Part shown: positions 57,001-64,000 of the stretch, piece after piece
How the letters are laid out: every line of letters begins with the position of its first letter
How positions within the stretch are numbered: position 1 is the stretch's first letter
Virus record (IMG/VR): IMGVR_UViG_3300046513_000221
Location: 62,001 to 126,000 of that record
Length of the DNA stretch: 64,000 nucleotides
Strand: one strand, 5' to 3'
Translations under genes and position numbers: made by a program
The notes under the pieces: model-generated
Database searches by the model: none
Seen by the model: the letters and a program-made list of their open reading frames with translations, nothing else
What the model was told of the DNA's origin: nothing

Positions 57001-60000
57001 GGCGGTCACATCATGGACGGTCTGCGGATCGGCATGGAGAACGGTCGTGACGACCTGCGCAACACCATGCGCGGTATCCACGAGGATATCATCGACGTGG
57101 ATGCACGTGAGGTGTTCCCTATGGCCGGTGGCGGTGATCGCAAGGCCAACGCTGGTGGTTCTGGCAACCGCGCCTCCGGTACTGGTCCTTCCAACATCCT
57201 CGAATCGATCAAGCGCTCGGTGGAAGCCATCGAGAAGACGACCGACAACAACCTGCCAATCATCGCCGACAACACCAAGACCATCATCGACATCCTCAAC
57301 GGTCTCGATCATAGTGGCGGAAATGGCGGCAAGAAGGGTGGTCTCTTCGGTAAGATCAAGGGCTTCTTCACCAACATTATGACCGCACCGATGAAGGTGC
57401 TGAAGGATACCTTTAACAGCCTGAAAGACCTCCCCGGCAAACTGCTCACAGGCATTTCCGGGTTCGCCAAGGACTTCTTCGGCAAGGCCGGTAAGGTAAT
57501 CACCGGACTGGTCGAGACCGTCACTCCGATGATCGGCAACCTCATGGAGGGTGCCGCGAACGTACTGAAGAGTACAACCGAGATGCTGATGACCGGCGCT
57601 AAACGCGTCTTCGATCAGATCGGTCCTATGGCTGAGAAGCTGGGCAAGATGGTTCAGGACGTAGCGACCAAGGCGTTGGAAACGGCGACCAGTCTCGCCA
57701 AGTCGATTGGCAAGGCTCTCAAGCCGATGACCGATGCGGCCATCCAGATCGGTAAGGATCTCCTGACCGGTATGCGTCCTGCGATCTCCGCGCTGACGGC
57801 AACCCTGTCGAACGCGATCGTCGGCCTTGCCAAGTTCGGTAAGAGCCTCTTCGATTTGACCATGAACATCGCCAACAAGCTGCTCGCTAAGGGTGCTGGT
57901 CTGGCCGACAAGCTCATGGGTGGCATCGGCGGTCTCTCGATCGGAGGCTTCGGCAATGGCGGTAGCGCTACCGTGGCGGTGAGTAACTTCTCCGACATGC
58001 GCGGTCACCGTCGCTCGAACCCGCTGTTCGTACATGTGGTCGATGGTCGCGTCCAGACCTACTCCGGCAAGGGCAAGGCCCGTGTTGGCAAGATCGACAA
58101 CGACGAGGGAAGCTTCGGCCTGAAGGGTCTGCTCGGCGGTAAGAAAGACAAGAAGGATGGCGAGGGCGACAGCGATTCGCTGATGGGTGCCGCAGGTGGA
58201 GCACTGGCCGGTACCGCTGGTGCCGCGCTGCTGGGTCGTGGTAAGGCTCTTGTAGGTAAGGGCATGTCCAAGATCGGTGGCTTCCTCGGCTTCAAAGGCA
58301 AGGCTCCTGCTGTTCCAGCAGGTGCCGCTGCCGGTGCTGAGAGCGCGACCGTCAAGGCCGCTGCTGGCACTGCGACCAAGGTTCCGACCGCAGCCGGTGA
58401 AATGGCTGAGACCGCAGCCAAGGGCGAAGCAAGCGCTGCCGCTAAAACCGCATCCAAAGTTCCTACATCCGGCGCTGCCGCTGGTGCTGAGAGCGCGACC
58501 GTCAAGGCCGCGTCCGGCGCAGCAGGTGCTGCTGAGAACGTCGCTGCTGGTGCGGCGAAGTCCGGTGGAGTCATGTCCAAGATCGGTAGTGCTGGCAAAG
58601 GCCTTATGAAGGGCGGAGTCGGTAAGCTGGTCAAGGGCGTGGGTGCTGGTGCTATCGTCAGCATGGGCGGTTCCGCTCTGACCAACCTCTTCACCGAGGA
58701 AGGTTCGAAGACTAACAAACTCCTGAACGCCGTCTTCGGAACGGTGGGTGACGCGGCAACTGGCGCGGCGATCGGTAGCTTCATCCCGGTCATCGGTAAC
58801 GTCGTTGGTGCCGTGGGCGGTGCGCTGTACGGTGCCGCTACCAAACTCATCCCTGCAATCGAGGATGCTTTCAGCGAAGAGATTCAGAGCATGACGACCT
58901 CCTTCTTGGAGTTCCCGGACAAGCTGACCGCATGGATCGATGCACTGCCAGCCAAGGTTGACAAGTTCGCCGAGGACATCCCTAAGAAGCTGCTCTCGTT
59001 GTTCGAGGCTCCTGATGCTGGTGACCTCGATCCGGTGACTGGTCTGCCGAAGGAAGAAAAACCATCTATCCTTTGGAAAATGACCAAGGCGCTGGGTAAT
59101 GCCGGTGTCGCCCTGATCGCAGCCATGCCTAAGCTGGGTATCACTCTTGCCGAGTCCTTCGGTAAGATCCTCGGTTCCGCCTTGATGGGTGCCGTTGGTA
59201 TGCTCGGTAAGGGCGTGACGAGTGTGGTGTTCGGCGTGTCGAACTACTTCGAGGACATGGTCGCAGGTGTCAAGAACTGGGCTGCGTCCACGAAGATCGG
59301 TAGCATGCTGGGCCTGAAGGGTGAGTCCAAGGACGAGGAGAACAATCGCAAGGTTTCTCGTGCCGCGTCTCAGAACGCATACATGGCGAACTACGATGCC
59401 ACTGTTTCGGACCTGTCCTCCAAGGCGGGTAAGCTCGGTGGTCAGATCGGCGGTGCCGTTGGTGCTGTCGCTATGGCCCCGGTGACGGGTGCTGCAGTGC
59501 TCGCTAAGGGTGCTCAAGCCCTGACCGATGATGGTGGTGCGGAGAAGAACCGTAACCGCTACGACGAGGCCATGAAGGCATCCGGTGGTGATGAGAAGAA
59601 GGCTAAGGAGTATGCCAAGACCAAGTTCGGTGGCGACGTTGAGTCCTACTGGAACAAGGGCAAGGATGCTTCTGGTCAAGCCAACAAGGCCGTTAGCGAC
59701 GCTCGCTACCAGAAGTGGCTGATCGCCAACAACGAGAAGTCTGGCCCTGAGTCGCGTGCTCGTTTCGACGCTATGGTCGCATCCGAAGCCGGTGGTAAGG
59801 CCAAGGGTAACTTCGGTAGCAAGGAAGTCAGCGACGCGATCGCTCAGGCCTCCGCTGCGTACGGTCTCGACGTAAGTCTGATGACCAAGATGGCTCTGGT
59901 GGAATCCGGTATGGATCCGAAGGCGACCTCACCAACGGGTGCTAAGGGTCTCTTCCAGTTCGTCACCGGCACCGGTAAGGAGATGGGTCTGAACAGCGAG

Positions 60001-60927
60001 GACCAGTTCTTCAATCCGTACACCAATGCTATGGCAGGTGCGCGGTACCTGAAGATGAACGGTAATCAGCTGGCCGCGAAGAACGTCCCTGTCAATCCAC
60101 TGACCCTGTATCTGGCTCACCAGCTGGGTGCTGGCGGTGTGACTGAGGTATGGAATGCTGCCGCCAACGGCAAGCTCCTGTCCGACGATCGCATCAAGGC
60201 AATGACCCTCAACAATCCGGGTCTGACCAAGGAGCAACTGTCCAATCCGAAGCTGTACATCTCAGCGTGGGACAAGAAGCTCCAGACCGGCATCAATCCG
60301 TTCGGCGATCTGTCGAGCGCGATGAGTGCCGTGAAGGTTGATTCCCGCGTGGCCGCAATCGGCGCGGCTGGTATCACTCCGACCTCGTCCAGCACCCCGG
60401 CAACAGCTACCGCAGATTCCAAGGTTCCTGCGGTGGCCGCGTCTAGCCCTATGGTAGCAGCAGCGACCGCAACCCCTTCAGTATCGGGTGGTAACGCGAT
60501 CAATGGTGCTTCCCCTTCGGTTATGGCAGCTGGTGGTAGTGCGCAGGTAGCTGCCAATGAGACTGTTGCTCAGAACCGTAACACCGGTTCCGTGATGGCC
60601 GCTGCGGTATCGACCGGCGTATCGACCGACAAGGATCCGATCCTGTCCGAGATGCAGAAGCAGACCGGCATCCTCGCATCCATCGCTGGCAACACCGGTG
60701 AGATGAAGATCGCGGCCCTGAGCGCTGTGCAGAACAACATCGCTGAATCCTCTTCCGACAAGGCCGAGGACAAGATGGTTGCTGCAAAGGCTCAGATCGC
60801 GGGTAAGAGGGCTGAACGTCTCGCCACCGATCTCTTCGGTAACATGAATCAGAACAGCGGTTCCAGTGCAGTGCCTTCGGGTAACGCGCTGCGTATCGCC
60901 TCTGGCATGAGTGGTCGCTTCGCGTGA
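54010..60927 (+). CDS. Tail tape-measure protein with a C-terminal lytic transglycosylase (SLT) domain
   Basis: ~2305 aa, helical A/G/K-rich; ALVESGMDPKATSPTGAKGLFQF..YLAHQLGAGG; start MAGLFK downstream of the late promoter. Confidence 0.88.
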   Translation: MAGLFKNIMKSLTTKVIPDIAKNAFPTVQQLNEERRQNFREAEGVMDELGVKMNSFKENFAGLGTIHRNLAKQLGSGSFGTSQEDADNAMMKSMFGIDFDEPIGGADDSADGAKGSKKVIINNINSSKMPSGITEDGLGTIQSIAKQTNVNARGLASNAKILSSINYNLGLMNAFHIEKTSAYYDLSLESMKGLMAGQKEMMDQNRAMADHYKEMQENARLDAMNRQLDVKQVLNPANFMKRIAENPLFSDLVMGAAGSKVKQAIQDPLGMAASLAGTAIMQKFAGGLINSVEQFAKDLPYMAQNKFEKWSGSRDFSKSGFSLTNVLATIGDNLKLNTADARVRMNQDKDGPVAWDAKARRALVTEIPGYLAKMLRELEATNHLMADAWGTKRRNVEHQVYDGMTGSFTYEGEIKKRLNKNIKDIDQGQHFGGLGSQVDTVARMGNMSKSEAAKVKAIMMNIGNSNMAGEVNLRSKENVKANMANYVKQTYKRKEGQTDENYNKAIERRIAALTTGKSGKSIDKFIGTLQSSGTGGNAIRQQTLDRLLGELNGTSDASKKQELQEEYTRQKDMFDEAKKRGRNELEKTESALKRHSLDRFTAAERFGNSQRDSASSSVFAINNMSGQMSKRQMIAQRTKMPDASALDKLDAWAERLKEPFDKLNAFFSKWYGKFEVKMNQAMDWVGDKVKKAWGWMSDKATKGYNKAKDGLKNLNEMFQANIVLPLKKRLMGGDEDKAKKLSFMKVMEINWNKNVLLPFKRMLLGDDKDAAKKLSLWQTIKFSANKAMQPVKDWFNKQFVPSMKDMYKEVSGEVKKYALQFKDWIVKDVFGGGKAFFKGIFGDENIAKLRKNLVDPFKNAVNKLTDSLGGMLKFFARIPVNFFRGVADTIKMKRWKKGEGNFSEEEIERFKGHEERGSAFDWKNKGNPAKKAQDATAGVRSEATEMGANINEGLADGMQQTQDQVQEQVDEVAHTSILDRIKKALGIHSPSREMIAIGGHIMDGLRIGMENGRDDLRNTMRGIHEDIIDVDAREVFPMAGGGDRKANAGGSGNRASGTGPSNILESIKRSVEAIEKTTDNNLPIIADNTKTIIDILNGLDHSGGNGGKKGGLFGKIKGFFTNIMTAPMKVLKDTFNSLKDLPGKLLTGISGFAKDFFGKAGKVITGLVETVTPMIGNLMEGAANVLKSTTEMLMTGAKRVFDQIGPMAEKLGKMVQDVATKALETATSLAKSIGKALKPMTDAAIQIGKDLLTGMRPAISALTATLSNAIVGLAKFGKSLFDLTMNIANKLLAKGAGLADKLMGGIGGLSIGGFGNGGSATVAVSNFSDMRGHRRSNPLFVHVVDGRVQTYSGKGKARVGKIDNDEGSFGLKGLLGGKKDKKDGEGDSDSLMGAAGGALAGTAGAALLGRGKALVGKGMSKIGGFLGFKGKAPAVPAGAAAGAESATVKAAAGTATKVPTAAGEMAETAAKGEASAAAKTASKVPTSGAAAGAESATVKAASGAAGAAENVAAGAAKSGGVMSKIGSAGKGLMKGGVGKLVKGVGAGAIVSMGGSALTNLFTEEGSKTNKLLNAVFGTVGDAATGAAIGSFIPVIGNVVGAVGGALYGAATKLIPAIEDAFSEEIQSMTTSFLEFPDKLTAWIDALPAKVDKFAEDIPKKLLSLFEAPDAGDLDPVTGLPKEEKPSILWKMTKALGNAGVALIAAMPKLGITLAESFGKILGSALMGAVGMLGKGVTSVVFGVSNYFEDMVAGVKNWAASTKIGSMLGLKGESKDEENNRKVSRAASQNAYMANYDATVSDLSSKAGKLGGQIGGAVGAVAMAPVTGAAVLAKGAQALTDDGGAEKNRNRYDEAMKASGGDEKKAKEYAKTKFGGDVESYWNKGKDASGQANKAVSDARYQKWLIANNEKSGPESRARFDAMVASEAGGKAKGNFGSKEVSDAIAQASAAYGLDVSLMTKMALVESGMDPKATSPTGAKGLFQFVTGTGKEMGLNSEDQFFNPYTNAMAGARYLKMNGNQLAAKNVPVNPLTLYLAHQLGAGGVTEVWNAAANGKLLSDDRIKAMTLNNPGLTKEQLSNPKLYISAWDKKLQTGINPFGDLSSAMSAVKVDSRVAAIGAAGITPTSSSTPATATADSKVPAVAASSPMVAAATATPSVSGGNAINGASPSVMAAGGSAQVAANETVAQNRNTGSVMAAAVSTGVSTDKDPILSEMQKQTGILASIAGNTGEMKIAALSAVQNNIAESSSDKAEDKMVAAKAQIAGKRAERLATDLFGNMNQNSGSSAVPSGNALRIASGMSGRFA

Positions 60928-60953
60928 TAACTAATGTTTAGAGAAGCATTTAC

Positions 60954-60996
60954 GGGCGCTACGGGATTAACTTCTCGTAGCGCCCTCTTTTTTATT
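60954..60996 (+). terminator. Intrinsic terminator
   Basis: GGGCGCTACGGGA..TCTCGTAGCGCCC plus T tract. Confidence 0.8.
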
Positions 60997-61009
60997 TAGG
61001 AGTAACGAC

Positions 61010-62365
61010 ATGGCTGCTGACCTGAACATGTCCAATCCGTCCGAGAACCCCTACGCTAAGTTCTACGAGCCTAGCTTCGGGACCATCATCGGACGTCCGA
61101 TGGCATTCAACGCAAAATGCGACCCAAACCAGCGCGTGTATCAAGACACGATGCTAAAGAACAACACGATCGTCCGGATCACTCCGGGCATCTACAACTA
61201 CAATCAGGCAAGCCTGAAGCGAGCTGATGAGATCCTGGAAGAACATAGTAAAGAGATGCAGGAACTCAAGGCCAAGGGTCTGGAACCCGGATCCTACGAG
61301 CGGAAGGTCAACGAGATCAACCAGAAGTATCAGGATAAGCTGATCAAGGAGAAGGTGGACATGCGCTACCTGACCTTCAAGCCGGACTTCCCGCACTTCC
61401 TGCGCGCCCTGCAGCTGCTGATCAACCGCACCTCCACCTCGCTCTTCAACCGGAAGCTCAACAGCGCCACCGGCTCGAAGTCGTCCTTCCTGACCGACAT
61501 CCTCGCGTCGCTGGACATCGAGCAGAACGCGGCCTACCGTGGCTTCAACATGTGGGTGGAGAAGTCCACCTCGATCTCCGAGTCCATCAACAACAGCTAT
61601 ACCAGCTCGGTGTTCGAGGGTCTCCAGAACAAGGTCTCTCGTTTCACCCGCGAGCTTCAGGCGGTCGGTATGTCGGTAGGCAACGCCACCAACGCCGACC
61701 AGCAGAAGGACGTGAAGGTTGATGGCGACTTCCAGAATCAGGCGTCCGTCCTCGGTCAGCTGGTGCAGAAAGCATCGTCTGCGATGGCAGGTTCCAAGAT
61801 CATCATCCCTCAGATCTGGGACGACTCGAAGTTCACCCGTACGTACAACATCGCCTTCCGCTTCAGCTCACCGTACGGCGACGACCGCTCGTGCTACGTG
61901 AACGTCATCCTCCCGTTCCTGTTCCTGTTGTGCTGCGCACTGCCGCGTCAGGACGGTCCTTCCGGTATGATGAACCCGTTCCTGCTTCAGATGGACTGCC
62001 CCGGCTACTTCAGCACCCCAATGGGATGCGTGACCGACATGTCGTTCGTCAAGGGCGGCAACGAGCAGCTGTGGAACTACTCCGGTCTACCTATGGTGAT
62101 CGAGGGTACGATGGCCGTGTCCGACCTGTACAACGCGCTGTCGCTCCCGCTGGAGAACCAGCAGCTGCTGAGTAACTACGGCACTGCGGCATTCCTCAAC
62201 AACCTCGTTGGTGCGTCCCTGTACTCGACGGAAGACCCTAGCGTCCTCGACCAACTGGCCAACTCCATCAAGGGTGGTCTGATGAGCGTGGCCGATCCTC
62301 TGAATCAGGCCGACGCCAAGATCCTCTCGATCATGCGTTGGGCTGGTCTGACCAAGCAGAACTAA
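61010..62365 (+). CDS. Virion structural protein (baseplate/tube-initiator-like)
   Basis: PQIWDDSKFTRTYNIAFRFSSPYGD..ALPRQ..NPFL..GCVTDMSFVKG tube-like pattern; follows the tape-measure gene. Confidence 0.65.
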   Translation: MAADLNMSNPSENPYAKFYEPSFGTIIGRPMAFNAKCDPNQRVYQDTMLKNNTIVRITPGIYNYNQASLKRADEILEEHSKEMQELKAKGLEPGSYERKVNEINQKYQDKLIKEKVDMRYLTFKPDFPHFLRALQLLINRTSTSLFNRKLNSATGSKSSFLTDILASLDIEQNAAYRGFNMWVEKSTSISESINNSYTSSVFEGLQNKVSRFTRELQAVGMSVGNATNADQQKDVKVDGDFQNQASVLGQLVQKASSAMAGSKIIIPQIWDDSKFTRTYNIAFRFSSPYGDDRSCYVNVILPFLFLLCCALPRQDGPSGMMNPFLLQMDCPGYFSTPMGCVTDMSFVKGGNEQLWNYSGLPMVIEGTMAVSDLYNALSLPLENQQLLSNYGTAAFLNNLVGASLYSTEDPSVLDQLANSIKGGLMSVADPLNQADAKILSIMRWAGLTKQN

Positions 62366-62374
62366 GGAGGAAAC

Positions 62375-62563
62375 ATGCGTAAAACGATTGGAATGGTCGT
62401 GAGCATCATCGTTCTCGGTATCACACTGAACGGTTGCTCCAGCGAACCGAAAAAGAGTACCATGCGTGTCGAACGCGGTGAGGTGACCTCGGCACCCTAC
62501 GGCTACACCGACTACTGTCGGAACCACCCCGAGTACAAGGAGTGCGGCAATGCAGCTAAGTGA
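62375..62563 (+). CDS. Lipoprotein carrying the BTLCP N-terminal P.G...C..HP...C motif
   Basis: Signal peptide plus lipobox LNG-C; AAGGAGG RBS. Confidence 0.75.
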   Translation: MRKTIGMVVSIIVLGITLNGCSSEPKKSTMRVERGEVTSAPYGYTDYCRNHPEYKECGNAAK

Positions 62564-62924
62564 ACTTGACTCCATCAACCGGCGCGTGAACGAGTCGGTT
62601 ACCTACAAGACCGACATCGAGGAGTACAACCAGCTGGAGTTCTGGAACGTGGCCGGTACGGTCGGTGACTGCGAGGACTACTGCCTCCTGAAGATCCACC
62701 GTCTTCTGGCGGCTGGACTCCCGATCTCGGCGATGTCGCTGGTGGTCTGCGCCTATGAGGACGAAGGTCACTGCGTCCTCTTCGTCGAGCTGGACGGCGA
62801 GACCTACGTGCTCGACAACAACAGCGACCAGCTGCTCTTCCCGGAGGACACCCCGTACGAGTGGATCAAGGTCCAGACCCCCGGTACGCCGGAGTGGCGC
62901 GAGATGAAGCTGGTCAAGCGCTAA
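62550..62924 (+). CDS. Transglutaminase-like cysteine protease (BTLCP/LapG family), catalytic domain
   Basis: INRRVN..Y.TD..EFW..GDCEDYCLLK..GHCVL..YVLDN (Cys-His-Asp); own AAGGAG RBS. Confidence 0.88.
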   Translation: MQLSELDSINRRVNESVTYKTDIEEYNQLEFWNVAGTVGDCEDYCLLKIHRLLAAGLPISAMSLVVCAYEDEGHCVLFVELDGETYVLDNNSDQLLFPEDTPYEWIKVQTPGTPEWREMKLVKR

Positions 62925-62930
62925 ACACGG

Positions 62931-62969
62931 AAACCCCATAGACCTTAACGGGCCTATGGGGTTTATTTT
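62931..62969. terminator. Bidirectional terminator
   Basis: AAACCCCATAG..CTATGGGGTTT. Confidence 0.8.
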
Positions 62970-63411
62970 ATTTCTTCAGGAAAGTACTCGGTCGATAGTC
63001 ATACTCGAACACCGAGCTATATCGCTCTTGCATGGTCATGGGTTCCAGCATTACCGTACGGCACTTCACCGCAACCACCTTGTCGCTGTGGTTGTGCTGA
63101 AACGCGTAAAATACTAGGCCGATGATTCTTGTTACTTCTTGTAGGGCGTCTAGGAGTGGTGGAACCTTGACGTTCACGTAGAAGACTTCTTGCTTGGTCC
63201 CGGTGACGGTTGTGTCGTATGCGAAATCCTCTTCTCGCTCCCGAGAGAAGACACGGATCTCGACATCCGGTCGTACCTCCATCGATGCATTGAAAAGGTC
63301 AAACATCTCTCTGTAGATAGGCGCGGTGCCATCCGACTCGACGTCTATATCGACACGGATCTTGTAGAAATCGCCGTACTTTGTCAGCACAGGTTTCTTG
63401 TCGGTACTCAT
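62968..63411 (-). CDS. Hypothetical protein
   Basis: Probable start MSTDKK at ATG 63411. Confidence 0.65.
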   Translation of the reverse strand: MSTDKKPVLTKYGDFYKIRVDIDVESDGTAPIYREMFDLFNASMEVRPDVEIRVFSREREEDFAYDTTVTGTKQEVFYVNVKVPPLLDALQEVTRIIGLVFYAFQHNHSDKVVAVKCRTVMLEPMTMQERYSSVFEYDYRPSTFLKK

Positions 63412-63483
63412 GTGGTTTCTTCTTTCATAAACCGTTCTTCTGCGGAACGGTGCTTTCGTTGCTCGGACAAGCATCGATTGTAC

Positions 63484-63495
63484 AACAGTTACTTA
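63484..63495 (+). promoter_or_regulatory. Late-type promoter AACAGTTACTTA
   Basis: AACA-N6-TA upstream of the prohead protease. Confidence 0.75.
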
Positions 63496-63539
63496 GTTAA
63501 ACAATCTTGCATCAGAAAATTTCACCAAAGGAATATGTC

Positions 63540-64000
63540 ATGACTGACAAAATCGTAGGCTACATTTTTCATGAGAGCGGTCCGGTGAACGAGTCGGAGA
63601 TCCGCTCGATCGAACACCGTCGCAATGGTGTGGTACGCATGACGACCGTGTTGCAGGAGGCGAACCTCCCGAACCGCAACGGTCGCATCTACCCTAAAGC
63701 TATCATCGAGAAGGCTCTGGCGGCTCCTTTCATCAAGGAGAAGCTGGGTACTAATTCCCTGTTAGGCGAGGACGGTCACCCTGTAACGGACTCGATCCAG
63801 CGTCAGGCAACCATCGTCCAGCAGAACGCCGCCTGTGCCATCAAGCGCTTCTGGTGGGACGAGAGCGACTCCAACATCCTGCTGGGTGAAGTGGAGTCGG
63901 CTGGCACCACCGTCGGTAAGGACTGGGCCGGTCTGATCCGCGAGAACGGCATGATCCCCTCGTTCTCCATGCGCGGCATGGGCGACGTGATCAAGGGTCC
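63540..64000 (+). CDS. Prohead core protease (T4 gp21-like), runs off the right edge
   Basis: Manual translation: MTDKIVG..LQEANLPNRNGRIYP..LLGEDGHP..PSFSMRGMG. Confidence 0.9.
   Translation, partial: MTDKIVGYIFHESGPVNESEIRSIEHRRNGVVRMTTVLQEANLPNRNGRIYPKAIIEKALAAPFIKEKLGTNSLLGEDGHPVTDSIQRQATIVQQNAACAIKRFWWDESDSNILLGEVESAGTTVGKDWAGLIRENGMIPSFSMRGMGDVIKG

Noticed and set aside
54550-59679. 1709-aa antisense ORF, and similar long shadow ORFs (107-1684, 22240-23862, 24661-26184, 27050-28849, 37846-39537, 46269-48209)
   Set aside because: They mirror real genes on the opposite strand. Strong C/G third-position bias removes antisense stops, and the translations are V/L/D/H/Q-skewed with no motifs.
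62375-62563. Lipoprotein as a standard o-spanin
   Set aside because: There is no adjacent i-spanin, and its C-terminus matches the BTLCP N-terminal motif; kept only as an alternative.
1-64000. Stop-codon recoding, inteins or introns in terL and the RNAP genes
   Set aside because: Core genes are intact in the standard code, all three stop codons are used, and no intein-like insertions are apparent.

Overview
A dense, GC-rich segment of a jumbo myophage related to the phiKZ/AR9/phiR1-37 group. Virion and packaging genes: tail sheath (cut by the left edge), large terminase, tail-fibre module, a ~2300-aa tape-measure protein with a lytic transglycosylase domain, and a T4 gp21-type prohead protease (cut by the right edge). 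Transcription and replication genes: three split RNA polymerase pieces (near-complete beta, beta' C-half, small beta' C-terminal piece), SF2 and DnaB helicases, SbcC/SbcD, RusA, two HU-fold proteins with histone-like tails, and nucleotide-pool enzymes (dCMP deaminase, NMP kinase, Ham1-type pyrophosphatase with an altered base pocket). Two promoter motifs can be read directly from the intergenic DNA: AACA-N6-TA (the AR9 late consensus) mostly before virion genes, and ATATATNAT-N5-YGR before replication and accessory genes. The best candidates for novelty are (i) a ~390-nt, heavily structured, apparently non-coding RNA at ~35.85-36.25 kb, (ii) a LapG/BTLCP protease split into a lipoprotein and a separately translated catalytic ORF, (iii) a host-like VHL-S8 protease-DUF4214 gene under a phage promoter, and (iv) hints of unusual nucleotide chemistry. 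All calls come from manual motif reading; no searches or folding programs were run.
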